IMG/VR virus record: IMGVR_UViG_3300009031_000368
Location: 128,001 to 192,000 of that record
Direction: 5' to 3' (one strand)
Origin: a virus
Lineage: Duplodnaviria; Caudoviricetes
DNA length: 64,000 nucleotides
The first letter of the stretch is position 1. Each line of letters begins with the position of its first letter. Shown in pieces: positions 1 to 8,874 of this stretch. Both the position numbers and the translations under genes were made by a program. The notes under the pieces were generated by a model. That model did no database searches. It was not told the DNA's origin and was given only the letters and a program-made list of their open reading frames with translations.

Positions 1-89
1 TCAGCTTCAAGTGCAGACATCCACCGATAGCCATCAACAACATATGGAACGACTACGCTGGCTCTATGTATTGCTTCATTAACCGTCAT
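1..89 (-). CDS. hypothetical protein, partial (runs off left edge)
   Basis: ATG at 89 overlapping end of upstream ORF, GGAG RBS, open to window edge (MTVNEAIHRASVVVPYVVDG...). Confidence 0.5.
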   Translation of the reverse strand, partial: MTVNEAIHRASVVVPYVVDGYRWMSALEA

Positions 90-285
90 TCATCTCACTC
101 CATTGCCGCAAACGGCCTTTAGACTTATACCACCTAAGCATGTCGCCGGATCCTTTTCCAATCCAACCAGCGGCAATCGGTGGCGCTTTAACGATGATAT
201 ACGTTTCATCGACGACAACACCGCCGCACCAAGCATCGGTATCGATCCAGATTAATTTTGTTACCACGGGTGTAACGTTCACCAT
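79..285 (-). CDS. hypothetical protein
   Basis: 68-aa ORF coupled to neighbours. Confidence 0.6.
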   Translation of the reverse strand: MVNVTPVVTKLIWIDTDAWCGGVVVDETYIIVKAPPIAAGWIGKGSGDMLRWYKSKGRLRQWSEMNDG

Positions 286-587
286 CCGGTATTGTTTGGC
301 CGGTCATCGTAACAGTAATCACATGGATCATCCCAATAAGATGATTCACCGCTTCTTACACGTCCAGTGCCGTGACATGTCCGACACATTGAACGAGGAA
401 TTCTGATAACGCTCACGGGTGGTTCCTGGTAATCTGATTCAAGCAGAAGGATTCCCTGATTTGTTACCCATATAGATTTTACATCGACATGCTGTGTGCC
501 AACTTCAATTTGGACATCGCTATCCGGAAAAACTTCATCGTCTTTCTCCAATACTGCGATTGCTTCTTTCAATTCTGCCAGTGTCAC
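279..587 (-). CDS. small protein with C-terminal DnaJ-type CxxCxGxG zinc-binding motif (paralog of 597-869)
   Basis: CRTCHGTGR...CDYC; AGGAG RBS before GTG. Confidence 0.7.
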   Translation of the reverse strand: MTLAELKEAIAVLEKDDEVFPDSDVQIEVGTQHVDVKSIWVTNQGILLLESDYQEPPVSVIRIPRSMCRTCHGTGRVRSGESSYWDDPCDYCYDDRPNNTGW

Positions 588-596
588 GTCATACTC

Positions 597-869
597 CTAA
601 TCCGGATAACAGTTATCGCAATTGTCGCGCGAACCACATGTGTCACAGCCAGTTCTACCAGTGCCATGACATACCCGACAGTTTGATCTGGCAGTTCCTG
701 GTTGCGGGATGTAATCGGCATCAATAATTAATCCGTTGTTAAAGTCGGGATATGCGGCAGTTACGTCCACACGCTGCGTGCCTACTTCAATAAGGACATC
801 AGAATCATCATCGATATCTCGTTCGTTTTCCATACATGCAATCAATTGCTTAAGTTCAGAAAGTTTCAT
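597..869 (-). CDS. small protein with C-terminal CxxCxGxG zinc-binding motif (paralog of 279-587)
   Basis: MKLSELK...DSDVLIEVGTQRVDV...CRVCHGTGR; ATG 869 overlaps upstream TGA. Confidence 0.7.
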   Translation of the reverse strand: MKLSELKQLIACMENERDIDDDSDVLIEVGTQRVDVTAAYPDFNNGLIIDADYIPQPGTARSNCRVCHGTGRTGCDTCGSRDNCDNCYPD

Positions 870-1282
870 CGCTCTACTCCCCAATCATTTAGTCCGGCCG
901 ATCTATCATAACAGTCATCACATAGATAGATTCCACCACAACAGCTTTCATCTTTCGTCTCTTTGACAATCGTTTTAGGCTTTGCCGTCAAGGCATTCAG
1001 AGTTTTAGAAAGGTTATCGATATAATCAACGTATTTGACAACTTCAGCCTTCGCGCGCTGAATTTCACCGGTTATCGTTTGTTCCAAAGTATCGTTGAAT
1101 CTATTGGCGTATCGTAATGGTATTTGAGCATTCAATGCGCCTCTATTCGATTGAATGGGCCACTTAACCATCAATGCATCAATCGTCCATCGCAATTGAG
1201 TTTCCGGAAAGTAGGCTGAAAGCGCGTAGGCACATCTATTAATGCTAGTCATGTGTTTAAATCTGTCAGGAAGCCTCATCAT
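866..1282 (-). CDS. hypothetical protein, coiled coil plus Cys-rich C-terminus
   Basis: ORF with GGGAG RBS; CCGGIYLCDDC. Confidence 0.6.
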   Translation of the reverse strand: MMRLPDRFKHMTSINRCAYALSAYFPETQLRWTIDALMVKWPIQSNRGALNAQIPLRYANRFNDTLEQTITGEIQRAKAEVVKYVDYIDNLSKTLNALTAKPKTIVKETKDESCCGGIYLCDDCYDRSAGLNDWGVER

Positions 1283-1808
1283 CGCATCTCCCATCTTTTA
1301 GTTGAGCCGATCGTTTCATGGCACGTTCATAGATTTCTTGTCTGGTAGATTCCGGCAGCGATAAGCCGTCAGGCAAACTGTTACCTTTTACCATGATGGT
1401 TCCAGTATTGTTTGGAATAGTCACAGTGATTGTAAAATTTAATTCTACGTCGCCAGTATGCACAGACATATGTCTGTTGGTATGTAATACGTCAATGTTG
1501 ACATTATTGAAGTTTATGTCGTACAAATACGCAGCGTCAAATGTTGTTTTTATGTAGTGATTTATTGTGTCAAGTTCGTTTCTGACATTACTACATGTAA
1601 TGTATGTATTGTAATAAATGTCAAGATATAAGACCAACACTATACTGTTCTGTTTTGATACACATCGTGGAACGTAATAATCGAATCGACCACTGGCAAG
1701 AGTCTTTTTAAGGAAACCGTCCATCCATCCGCGTCTGGTTGCAGTAGAAAGCTTAACGCGACGGACTTCAAATGGTTTATCGGAGAGCGTATAACTGATG
1801 CCAGACAT
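1266..1808 (-). CDS. hypothetical protein
   Basis: 180-aa ORF, AGGAG RBS. Confidence 0.65.
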   Translation of the reverse strand: MSGISYTLSDKPFEVRRVKLSTATRRGWMDGFLKKTLASGRFDYYVPRCVSKQNSIVLVLYLDIYYNTYITCSNVRNELDTINHYIKTTFDAAYLYDINFNNVNIDVLHTNRHMSVHTGDVELNFTITVTIPNNTGTIMVKGNSLPDGLSLPESTRQEIYERAMKRSAQLKDGRCDDEAS

Positions 1809-1816
1809 AACGGCTC

Positions 1817-2236
1817 CTATTTGATTTGTTTTATTGCCTCATCTCTAACCTCCGACCAAAACAATATACTGGCATATTGGCCGGAGTGGATCTTTAATCC
1901 AAATGGGAATATATCACAAATCTGGCAAATTGTACCTGGCACAAAAGTTGCAACATCTAAATCTGACCTGGCCTCTATTGGAATTTCCAGACATACTGAC
2001 TTGTTTTTCATCCTGATGGGATCGGCCCACCATTCGATCAATGTGGTTTTGCCGTATGTGGAGATTCCATCCAGGATTGATTGTCTCATCGCCATAACGT
2101 GCATGGTGGCTTCAAATACGGCTTTAGATTCCCAGTCTCGAAGCGGCGGGACACCATCACGTTCAAGGGATTTTATGGTATGGTCGGCTTTATCAAATAG
2201 CTCTTTTGCTTTGGTAGGACTGACTACAATCTTCAT
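1817..2236 (-). CDS. hypothetical protein
   Basis: 139-aa ORF, ATGA-coupled. Confidence 0.65.
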   Translation of the reverse strand: MKIVVSPTKAKELFDKADHTIKSLERDGVPPLRDWESKAVFEATMHVMAMRQSILDGISTYGKTTLIEWWADPIRMKNKSVCLEIPIEARSDLDVATFVPGTICQICDIFPFGLKIHSGQYASILFWSEVRDEAIKQIK

Positions 2237-2865
2237 TCCAACAACAACTCTGGCTGTTTGATTTCTTGTTGCTTTTCTTTGGTGTTGAAAAGCTCAAGCT
2301 GATGAGATTTATCCGCGACATTCTGCGCTTCTTGAAGAATGAAATCCAATTCATCAATTGAAGCCTTAACGGCACGCTCCACCAACCCGGTATTGACGAT
2401 GGTGAATTTTCCGGTTGTCTTCTCTGTCTTTGTTGAACGGTAAAGTACCGATTCATATTCTGATTCAGAAATGAATCCACTATCAAGTAAAAGCTTGAGG
2501 CGATTCAGATCCACGGATTCCACGAACACCATTCGGTGTGAGATATCTTTCGCATCCAACAGCTGTTTAATGTTGTCTGAATCTGCACCATCGATTGTTT
2601 CGACAGATTCTGTCTTATCGGCATACTTTCGCGCGATCACATCTCCAACCTGACTTTCCCGCCAAGCCGTTGACTCATTGCAGCCTTCAATGCCTTTTTC
2701 GGCATCGCGGCGAAGCTCAGCCTCTAGTTGCTTGATTGATTTGTCGACCGACGAATGGATGGCTTTGAGAAGTGAAACCGTTTGATACCGTTTTTCTTTC
2801 GTGGATGTGTCGATTCGGGTTAGCAGCGAGCGGGCATCTCGTAGCAGTTTGATATAGTCTAACAT
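2233..2865 (-). CDS. hypothetical protein (coiled coil)
   Basis: GGAG RBS before ATG 2865, directly behind a promoter. Confidence 0.65.
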   Translation of the reverse strand: MLDYIKLLRDARSLLTRIDTSTKEKRYQTVSLLKAIHSSVDKSIKQLEAELRRDAEKGIEGCNESTAWRESQVGDVIARKYADKTESVETIDGADSDNIKQLLDAKDISHRMVFVESVDLNRLKLLLDSGFISESEYESVLYRSTKTEKTTGKFTIVNTGLVERAVKASIDELDFILQEAQNVADKSHQLELFNTKEKQQEIKQPELLLE

Positions 2866-2895
2866 ACAATACTCCATGGTTTATGTTTTAACCAT

Positions 2896-2924
2896 AGAAT
2901 ATCATATGCAATCAATCATGTCTA
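2896..2924 (-). promoter_or_regulatory. sigma70-type promoter
   Basis: TAGACA-N17-TATTCT in intergenic gap. Confidence 0.55.
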
Positions 2925-2942
2925 TACAATAGGCAGACATGT

Positions 2943-3215
2943 TTACTTGTCTTCAGTCAACATATCGTCAAGATAATTCATGAGCGTTTCAGCGTCAACG
3001 TGCCATAGGGCTTCATAATCAGCCGGAACACATTCCACGTTACCATCGTCTGATACCATAAACCGTGTGCCTGATTTAGCCGTCACGGCATAATTACTAT
3101 CGTCTTCATAAATCCGAAACTCGTCTCGGATCAAGTATTCTTTCTTGCCAGTTAACTTGGTGACAGTTGTTCCTAACGGAATATCGCCAACCGGCATAAT
3201 GACTTTTATCTTCAT
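2943..3215 (-). CDS. hypothetical protein
   Basis: 90-aa ORF. Confidence 0.65.
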   Translation of the reverse strand: MKIKVIMPVGDIPLGTTVTKLTGKKEYLIRDEFRIYEDDSNYAVTAKSGTRFMVSDDGNVECVPADYEALWHVDAETLMNYLDDMLTEDK

Positions 3216-3217
3216 GG

Positions 3218-4453
3218 TTACTTCCTTCCCATCGGTTTAACGGTTCCAGCCCGTGTGGTTTCAATAATCCAAGCATCCGATACATTGTATGTCTTGAATT
3301 CAATAATGTTGCCAGCCCGATAACCGTATTGACCTTCTTCATCAGTGAAATTTACATCGTAGCGCGAGTCCTTCTTGATGCGCTGTGTGTCGGTGCCATC
3401 GGCAGATAGTTGCGGCCAATCTTCATTATGTTCGTTTCCCGACAACGTTTTACTATCCCGAACATCCCAACGGTGGTAGTCCCATTCACAGTAATCCTTT
3501 TTGACAGGACACTTCTGATAACAGGTACGCCACCTGGTTTCGGTTCTATCGCACATGTCATACCGGGTTTCATAGTCATCGATCAATCGGCCATTTGAAT
3601 AGCAGGTATCCCAATCGGTAACGGTTCGTTCTTTGCACTTCGACGTTCCATTCTTTTGCGATTCACATCCGTACCGCTCAGTAGAAGTGCGCGGATTGCA
3701 CTTACTGGCAATCTTTTCGTAATGTGATCCGACCTTTACCTGTCGCGGGTTGCATTTCTCCTGCCATCGATACTGGTACGGCTCACATCGGTATGGATTA
3801 CAATCCTCATAGTGGTGAATTTTCATTTCACACGAGACATTGAACGCCCCGGCGTCCGGACTGCCAAAGTCTCGATTACGATGTAACGTGTTGCGCTGTT
3901 CCAGCGTCACGGTATGCTGCCATGCAATCGATTGCACTTTAACATCACGCTGTGTCGGCATGAGGAGCCAAACCATCAATACGCAGAACGCAATGATGCC
4001 AACAGCGTAAAGCAAGCTTGTGATACGAAATCGATCCGTAATTCCCGTTACCCATCGTTCAGCCGGTGCAATGTATGTGCCGGTCAATAGATTTTCATTC
4101 CCACCAGCTGGCTTTGAATCGACGCTTGTTCGTGTTTCATATAGTGATTGCATATCGGATAGAACCGAATTCGATTCGCGGCTTGCCCCACAATTGGAGC
4201 AGCTTGAGCCAACGTTGTGTTGCTGTCCTTCACAAAACCGACATACCCAATTTTCTCCACAACTAGCCAGTTTGAGCTTTTCCGGATCGGTGATGATAGG
4301 CGCAGTAACGTCCATTACATCGGCTTCGCGAACTTCCTTGGCCGAACCACACGTCACACACGATGTCTTCAGCCCTTCATTGACTGAATCACATTGATTA
4401 CATTTCCAAGTGTCTTCAATAAACACTTCACGATCTGGTCCATATTCACGCAT
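3218..4453 (-). CDS. membrane protein with two RanBP2-type zinc fingers, one TM helix and Cys-rich C-terminal domain
   Basis: WKCNQC..N...CVTCG and WVCRFC......CSNCG; hydrophobic LLYAVGIIAFCVLMVWLLM; CAGGAG RBS. Confidence 0.75.
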   Translation of the reverse strand: MREYGPDREVFIEDTWKCNQCDSVNEGLKTSCVTCGSAKEVREADVMDVTAPIITDPEKLKLASCGENWVCRFCEGQQHNVGSSCSNCGASRESNSVLSDMQSLYETRTSVDSKPAGGNENLLTGTYIAPAERWVTGITDRFRITSLLYAVGIIAFCVLMVWLLMPTQRDVKVQSIAWQHTVTLEQRNTLHRNRDFGSPDAGAFNVSCEMKIHHYEDCNPYRCEPYQYRWQEKCNPRQVKVGSHYEKIASKCNPRTSTERYGCESQKNGTSKCKERTVTDWDTCYSNGRLIDDYETRYDMCDRTETRWRTCYQKCPVKKDYCEWDYHRWDVRDSKTLSGNEHNEDWPQLSADGTDTQRIKKDSRYDVNFTDEEGQYGYRAGNIIEFKTYNVSDAWIIETTRAGTVKPMGRK

Positions 4454-4763
4454 TACGGTTTTCTCCTGAAAAAACATAAATCCATTCAAGGTCTCTAATC
4501 ATTCGTTCTGTCAGTTCACTTCTGCCAGACAACTCTTGTGTCAACATCGTTACAGCTTCGCGCATGTATTCTGCCGTATAAACACTTGCGAATTTATAGT
4601 TCTTATACGGAGTCAACCTTTTATCGTGTGGAACAACATGATTCCAAATCATTCTTAACGTATAAAACAAATGACTGGTTTTCATGTCGCGAGGTGCGAT
4701 AAATTCACCGCCATTCATGCGCCATTTGAAATCTTTAGCAGGAATGCAATCGTCAATCTTCAC
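4446..4763 (-). CDS. hypothetical phage protein
   Basis: GAGGAG RBS before GTG; motif MKTSHLFYTLRMIWNH. Confidence 0.65.
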   Translation of the reverse strand: MKIDDCIPAKDFKWRMNGGEFIAPRDMKTSHLFYTLRMIWNHVVPHDKRLTPYKNYKFASVYTAEYMREAVTMLTQELSGRSELTERMIRDLEWIYVFSGENRNA

Positions 4764-5094
4764 ACTGTAGCTCCTCAATTAGCCTATCACGCCACTTGAT
4801 TTCACCGTTTAGGTCTACCACCGTTTCAGTCAGCTCGGATACTTTAGCCTCAAGCTGTTCAACAGTCTTCATCGACTCAACCAATGCATCCCTGAGCGCG
4901 CGGTTATGCCGTCTGATGTCTTCCAAGGTATCGACGTAATCCAACTCGCTGATGATGGAACTGGCTTCATCGCATTCAGACAACTCGATATCGTGACAAG
5001 CTGTTTTTATGGCTTTAATGATACGGTCAATCAGCGGACATGTTTCAGCCGCTACATCACGTCGGATATCGGCATAGTACGCACGGTCTGACAT
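4753..5094 (-). CDS. hypothetical coiled-coil protein
   Basis: 113-aa ORF, AAGGA RBS. Confidence 0.65.
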   Translation of the reverse strand: MSDRAYYADIRRDVAAETCPLIDRIIKAIKTACHDIELSECDEASSIISELDYVDTLEDIRRHNRALRDALVESMKTVEQLEAKVSELTETVVDLNGEIKWRDRLIEELQCED

Positions 5095-5116
5095 TGCGAA
5101 TCCTTATCAGATCTGT

Positions 5117-5363
5117 TTATTCTTTCTTGTCGGCGTCATATTCTTCTAATTCGGCGTAGTGAAGATTCATTCTGGCCTGTCGTTCCTCAATAGGTACACC
5201 GATTAGCAACTCTTCAGTTACTACGATGGTACCATCTTTCCGTATCTCCGAATGCATCTCAGAATCGCCGTCTTTCGCAAGACGTTTATACATGCCATCT
5301 TTAATCTTTTGTGCCCAGTACCATGAAGCTTTGCTATCTTTGGGTTTGAATTTTATTGAACAT
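5117..5363 (-). pseudogene. small ORF interrupted by a +1 shift in an A-run near its start
   Basis: AGGA+ATG TTC AAT AAA A/TTC AAA...; skipping one A gives an 81-aa ORF (MFNKFKPKDSKASWYWAQ...DADKKE) filling the gap. Confidence 0.45.
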
Positions 5364-5431
5364 AATTCCTGTAAATATAAGGCCCCAATTCATATCTCCA
5401 TCATCCAGGCCAAGGAAGAGACAACGTAACG

Positions 5432-5620
5432 CTAACTGTCTATAAAATATTCACCACGGCATAGCGGCTCATCGTGTGCGGGAATATTGCACCCAAACAC
5501 GTCAGGATAGCCACCTTTCTCAATCAGGTCTGCCGCTTCCCGTAGCCGTCTGATGAGAATCGCCCGTGCTGATTTCCTGTCGACATCCTCCAAGGAATGC
5601 CATCTATCTTGATCATTCAT
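5432..5620 (-). CDS. hypothetical protein (frame stays open past the TAG to a TGA at 5390-5392)
   Basis: 62-aa ORF. Confidence 0.55.
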   Translation of the reverse strand: MNDQDRWHSLEDVDRKSARAILIRRLREAADLIEKGGYPDVFGCNIPAHDEPLCRGEYFIDS

Positions 5621-5623
5621 CGT

Positions 5624-6358
5624 TTAGTTTCCTAACTGTTTCTTATCTGACTCACCGCGAAGGCCGTTGACGATATTGATTTCCTCGCCGGCCCGAATAC
5701 CGGCCGCACTCCATTGCCACTTTGGCGCAACGGTTTTCTTATACTTTATGTTGTCATCGAACCACTGGTCTACCTGCTTGAGCCTTGAAACCACCAGTGC
5801 CATCGTTGTAACATCCGGTGACGCGGCAGCCTTCATACTTTCCAGCCGTCTAGCCAACGTAACGGTTGCCGACATACAGAAATTGGTACGCAACGACGAC
5901 TTGGCACGCGGCGGAAGCTCATTGATTTCTGTCGGTAATCCGCCGTATCGAACGACCATATTGGATGCCTTCGCGTCCTTCATAAAAGTTTCAGACCTGG
6001 AAACGATTTCGCGACGGAATACATCAAACAGGTATTCGGCGATATCGACATCAGATCGGTGACCATAGAAATGTGTGAGCGTAGTCGTTCGTCTGAACGT
6101 TGAACGACAATTACAGAATCGCGCCACATACGCGGCAAGATCCCGGACCCAGCTTTCGCGCTGGAAAAGATTGATCTCCTTCGTTACGATCGGATCAATG
6201 ACTTCCGCATCTTCGACGTCCGCCATACTTACAGCGTGTTTTGCCATAAGGTCGGCGGCAAACTTCGCGGCGAGGTCTCCTTCCGGCATACCGTCCTGGT
6301 TAACTGCGACAGCTAGCAGCTTCTTGATTTTACCCAAAATGTTCGGATCAACGGCCAT
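5624..6358 (-). CDS. DUF2786-domain protein
   Basis: N-terminal KIKKLLAVA...EGDLAAKFAADLMAKH signature. Confidence 0.8.
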   Translation of the reverse strand: MAVDPNILGKIKKLLAVAVNQDGMPEGDLAAKFAADLMAKHAVSMADVEDAEVIDPIVTKEINLFQRESWVRDLAAYVARFCNCRSTFRRTTTLTHFYGHRSDVDIAEYLFDVFRREIVSRSETFMKDAKASNMVVRYGGLPTEINELPPRAKSSLRTNFCMSATVTLARRLESMKAAASPDVTTMALVVSRLKQVDQWFDDNIKYKKTVAPKWQWSAAGIRAGEEINIVNGLRGESDKKQLGN

Positions 6359-6414
6359 GACAGGTACCTCTTTCGTACAGTGCAATCAATTACGCGAAAG
6401 TAATAATGAGTGAC

Positions 6415-6825
6415 TTATGGACAATCCGTCATAACATCCATGACATCCGATGCCAGCTTTTCAACGGCGCGGAGCCGGTCAAAGCTATTGAAGAAGTCAT
6501 CTTCTCCAACGACGACGTAGGTAGCAGCGTCCTTTCGGTATTCATATCCGTCATCGTCCGGATGGGGCTGCGCGTACTGTCTGAATTCGACGGTCGGCTT
6601 GGAAAGGTCAATCTTGCCTTCAATCAGGTACACGTAAGTGGCATGAAAACCACCGTATTCGTAATAGTCTTCATCGTCGGTATGCTGGTCACAGACCAAA
6701 TAGACGGCTCCGTCAATGAGGAACATATCGGCTGAATCAAAATGACCGACTGCGCTGTTGGCGTCATACATCACATTGTTGAGGAACTGAACGGTGTGGC
6801 CATCGATATTCGATACTGTACCCAT
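6415..6825 (-). CDS. acidic hypothetical protein
   Basis: GAGG RBS, ATG 6825; 27 D/E vs 8 K/R in 136 aa. Confidence 0.65.
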   Translation of the reverse strand: MGTVSNIDGHTVQFLNNVMYDANSAVGHFDSADMFLIDGAVYLVCDQHTDDEDYYEYGGFHATYVYLIEGKIDLSKPTVEFRQYAQPHPDDDGYEYRKDAATYVVVGEDDFFNSFDRLRAVEKLASDVMDVMTDCP

Positions 6826-6868
6826 AATTTCAAACCTCAAAGTTGAATATTTATCAGCTTACCGATAT

Positions 6869-6907
6869 AACATACTGCACAACGAATGACTTGTCAAGAG
6901 AAATTTT
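6869..6907 (-). promoter_or_regulatory. strong early-type promoter
   Basis: AAAATTTCTC-TTGACA-N17-TATGTT. Confidence 0.75.
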
Positions 6908-6910
6908 GAA

Positions 6911-7153
6911 TCACTTGACGATTTTCGCCGTAATTACGATTTGTGTGCCAGTTTCGGCCTTGAAATGTCTCTCCGCATACGCAAAGATATCTTCAATTGA
7001 ATGTTCGCGATATGGCGTTACGTGTGCGAAGATCAAAAGATCTGTCAATATGTTTTTCAATGACTCGTTATCACTGCTGGTTCCAACATCTTCTCGGTAC
7101 TTTGCAAGTATTGACTTGACGATGGAAACCTGTTCAGATATGTCTTTCTGCAT
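6911..7153 (-). CDS. hypothetical protein
   Basis: GGAGG RBS before ATG 7153. Confidence 0.65.
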   Translation of the reverse strand: MQKDISEQVSIVKSILAKYREDVGTSSDNESLKNILTDLLIFAHVTPYREHSIEDIFAYAERHFKAETGTQIVITAKIVK

Positions 7154-7196
7154 GGCACATTCCTCCATCTCATGATTGATTGAAACATGTAGCAGC

Positions 7197-7235
7197 ATGA
7201 TAGCATACGGCTGATATTTTGTCAAGAACTTTTTG
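7197..7235 (-). promoter_or_regulatory. strong early-type promoter
   Basis: AAAAAGTTC-TTGACA-N17-TATCAT. Confidence 0.75.
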
Positions 7236-7237
7236 GA

Positions 7238-7627
7238 TTATTTCTGGTGAGCCTTAAAGTACGTCAGGCAGGCATCGTCGATTATTTGATCTAGTGTTCT
7301 TATAACTGTTGGATTCTGCACGGCAATTATAGCCGCCAACATATAGTTGATAAGCGTTATGGCCGGCGAGTTTCTTTCAATCAGTCCATCGATGGTCGTA
7401 ACGTACATGTGGCCGGCAACATACACGTATACCGTCACGATGGATAATCGGCCAGATGTTTGTTTCTCAAGCAGGAATCCAACAGGACCATTCTTAAGCC
7501 TAATGATTCGCGTTGTTGTTTCACCCTTATCGATCAGGTAAACCAGTAAGCCATCGATGCCGGCCCGGATGGTGTCGAAGTTGATACACGATAACAAACT
7601 GTTTACATTTTGTCTAGTCATCAACAT
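7238..7627 (-). CDS. hypothetical protein
   Basis: 129-aa ORF. Confidence 0.6.
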   Translation of the reverse strand: MLMTRQNVNSLLSCINFDTIRAGIDGLLVYLIDKGETTTRIIRLKNGPVGFLLEKQTSGRLSIVTVYVYVAGHMYVTTIDGLIERNSPAITLINYMLAAIIAVQNPTVIRTLDQIIDDACLTYFKAHQK

Positions 7628-8004
7628 TTCCTTGAATTACTAAAATCAACAGCAATACGTGACTGACTCTGCTTTTGCTTAAGAGAATCTAGTGAATCTA
7701 TGATATCTGTCATGGCCGATTGTCTGTACACGGACAACATCTTCACGTCTGCTAATGATTCATAGCTGTAGTAAAAACACAAGAATTGTTCGGTAGCCAA
7801 TTTGGTTTCTAATGCAATTGGTGAATGATGTATATGAAATCGCCATGGACCATAAGTAACGATTCTGTACAAAGAATACGAACTGGGCATTCTACTCATT
7901 TTGCTAAAATTTACCGTTCCACCTACTGCATACGTTTTAAACCGTGATGAGGGCAAGTCGGCAGCCATTGTTGCGCCTACAAAATCATAGTCGGCATCTG
8001 TCAT
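7621..8004 (-). CDS. hypothetical protein (paralog of 8023-8433)
   Basis: shared TYGPWRF, LAT..FL.FYY.YE..ADV, SAM.DII.SL. Confidence 0.7.
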   Translation of the reverse strand: MTDADYDFVGATMAADLPSSRFKTYAVGGTVNFSKMSRMPSSYSLYRIVTYGPWRFHIHHSPIALETKLATEQFLCFYYSYESLADVKMLSVYRQSAMTDIIDSLDSLKQKQSQSRIAVDFSNSRKC

Positions 8005-8022
8005 GGTGAAGTACCTCCATTT

Positions 8023-8433
8023 TTAATCATGACGCACCGAATGGAACCAAACAGCATTTTGCTTCTGGCGCGACAAAACATCCTTGTTTGGCGTCAATGA
8101 CTCAATGATATCATCCATTGCAGACAATTTTAATATAGAAAATCCAGACTCCACATCTGCCACAGGTTCATAGTTATAGTAAAAGCCAAGGAACTTCCGT
8201 GTGGCAAGTTGTACGGTCATCGTCGATGTTGCGCTTTGTTTTACGTAGAAACGCCATGGCCCATACGTAATGGTTCTTGCCGCATAGTCGTTACTTGTTT
8301 GACCACTTTGCGGTGGCGGCGCCAGGTAGATATCGACTTTGCCAAAATGCACGGTGCCACATCTACCCGGTCGTTTAAACGCAACAATTGGATGTCCATT
8401 AAGTGTTGCCTCGATAAAATCTTCTTCAGTCAT
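8023..8433 (-). CDS. hypothetical protein (paralog of 7621-8004)
   Basis: same shared motifs. Confidence 0.7.
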   Translation of the reverse strand: MTEEDFIEATLNGHPIVAFKRPGRCGTVHFGKVDIYLAPPPQSGQTSNDYAARTITYGPWRFYVKQSATSTMTVQLATRKFLGFYYNYEPVADVESGFSILKLSAMDDIIESLTPNKDVLSRQKQNAVWFHSVRHD

Positions 8434-8436
8434 ATG

Positions 8437-8874
8437 TTACCATACCTTCATTGCTTTGATTATTCCCGCCAACATGGATTGTTCATCCTCGATGCTGCAT
8501 CTCCTTTTACCAAGGAGTTTTTGATAATGTTCATGTACGGTCGTCAATACTTTGCTGATTACCGCATAGGTGTCATCATCAAATGATTCAAGTTCCAATA
8601 ACCTGTATCGATACGGATATCCGAACAATTGCCTTGTTGCGACCCAAACTTCAATTGTAACATCCCACGCAATTTGATCATTTACAAGTGGCTTCCTTGT
8701 ATTCATATTGGCATATAGAACGATTTGAAGCTTATTGACACAAATTGTTGTACTGGTTACCAACTTTGAAGCAATGACATCAATATCGCCGATCCGGCAA
8801 TATTCGGTGCCGACTTCGTCAATCAACATATAGACGGCATGCGCCTTATCCAGGATAGATTTCATGTCAACCAT
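8437..8874 (-). CDS. hypothetical protein (possible distant paralog of the two downstream genes)
   Basis: VATRQLFGYPYRY vs LATRKFLGFYYNY. Confidence 0.6.
   Translation of the reverse strand: MVDMKSILDKAHAVYMLIDEVGTEYCRIGDIDVIASKLVTSTTICVNKLQIVLYANMNTRKPLVNDQIAWDVTIEVWVATRQLFGYPYRYRLLELESFDDDTYAVISKVLTTVHEHYQKLLGKRRCSIEDEQSMLAGIIKAMKVW

Noticed and set aside
7621-8433. Diversity-generating retroelement TR/VR pair among the paralogs
   Set aside because: Divergence is general rather than adenine-specific, and no reverse transcriptase is present.
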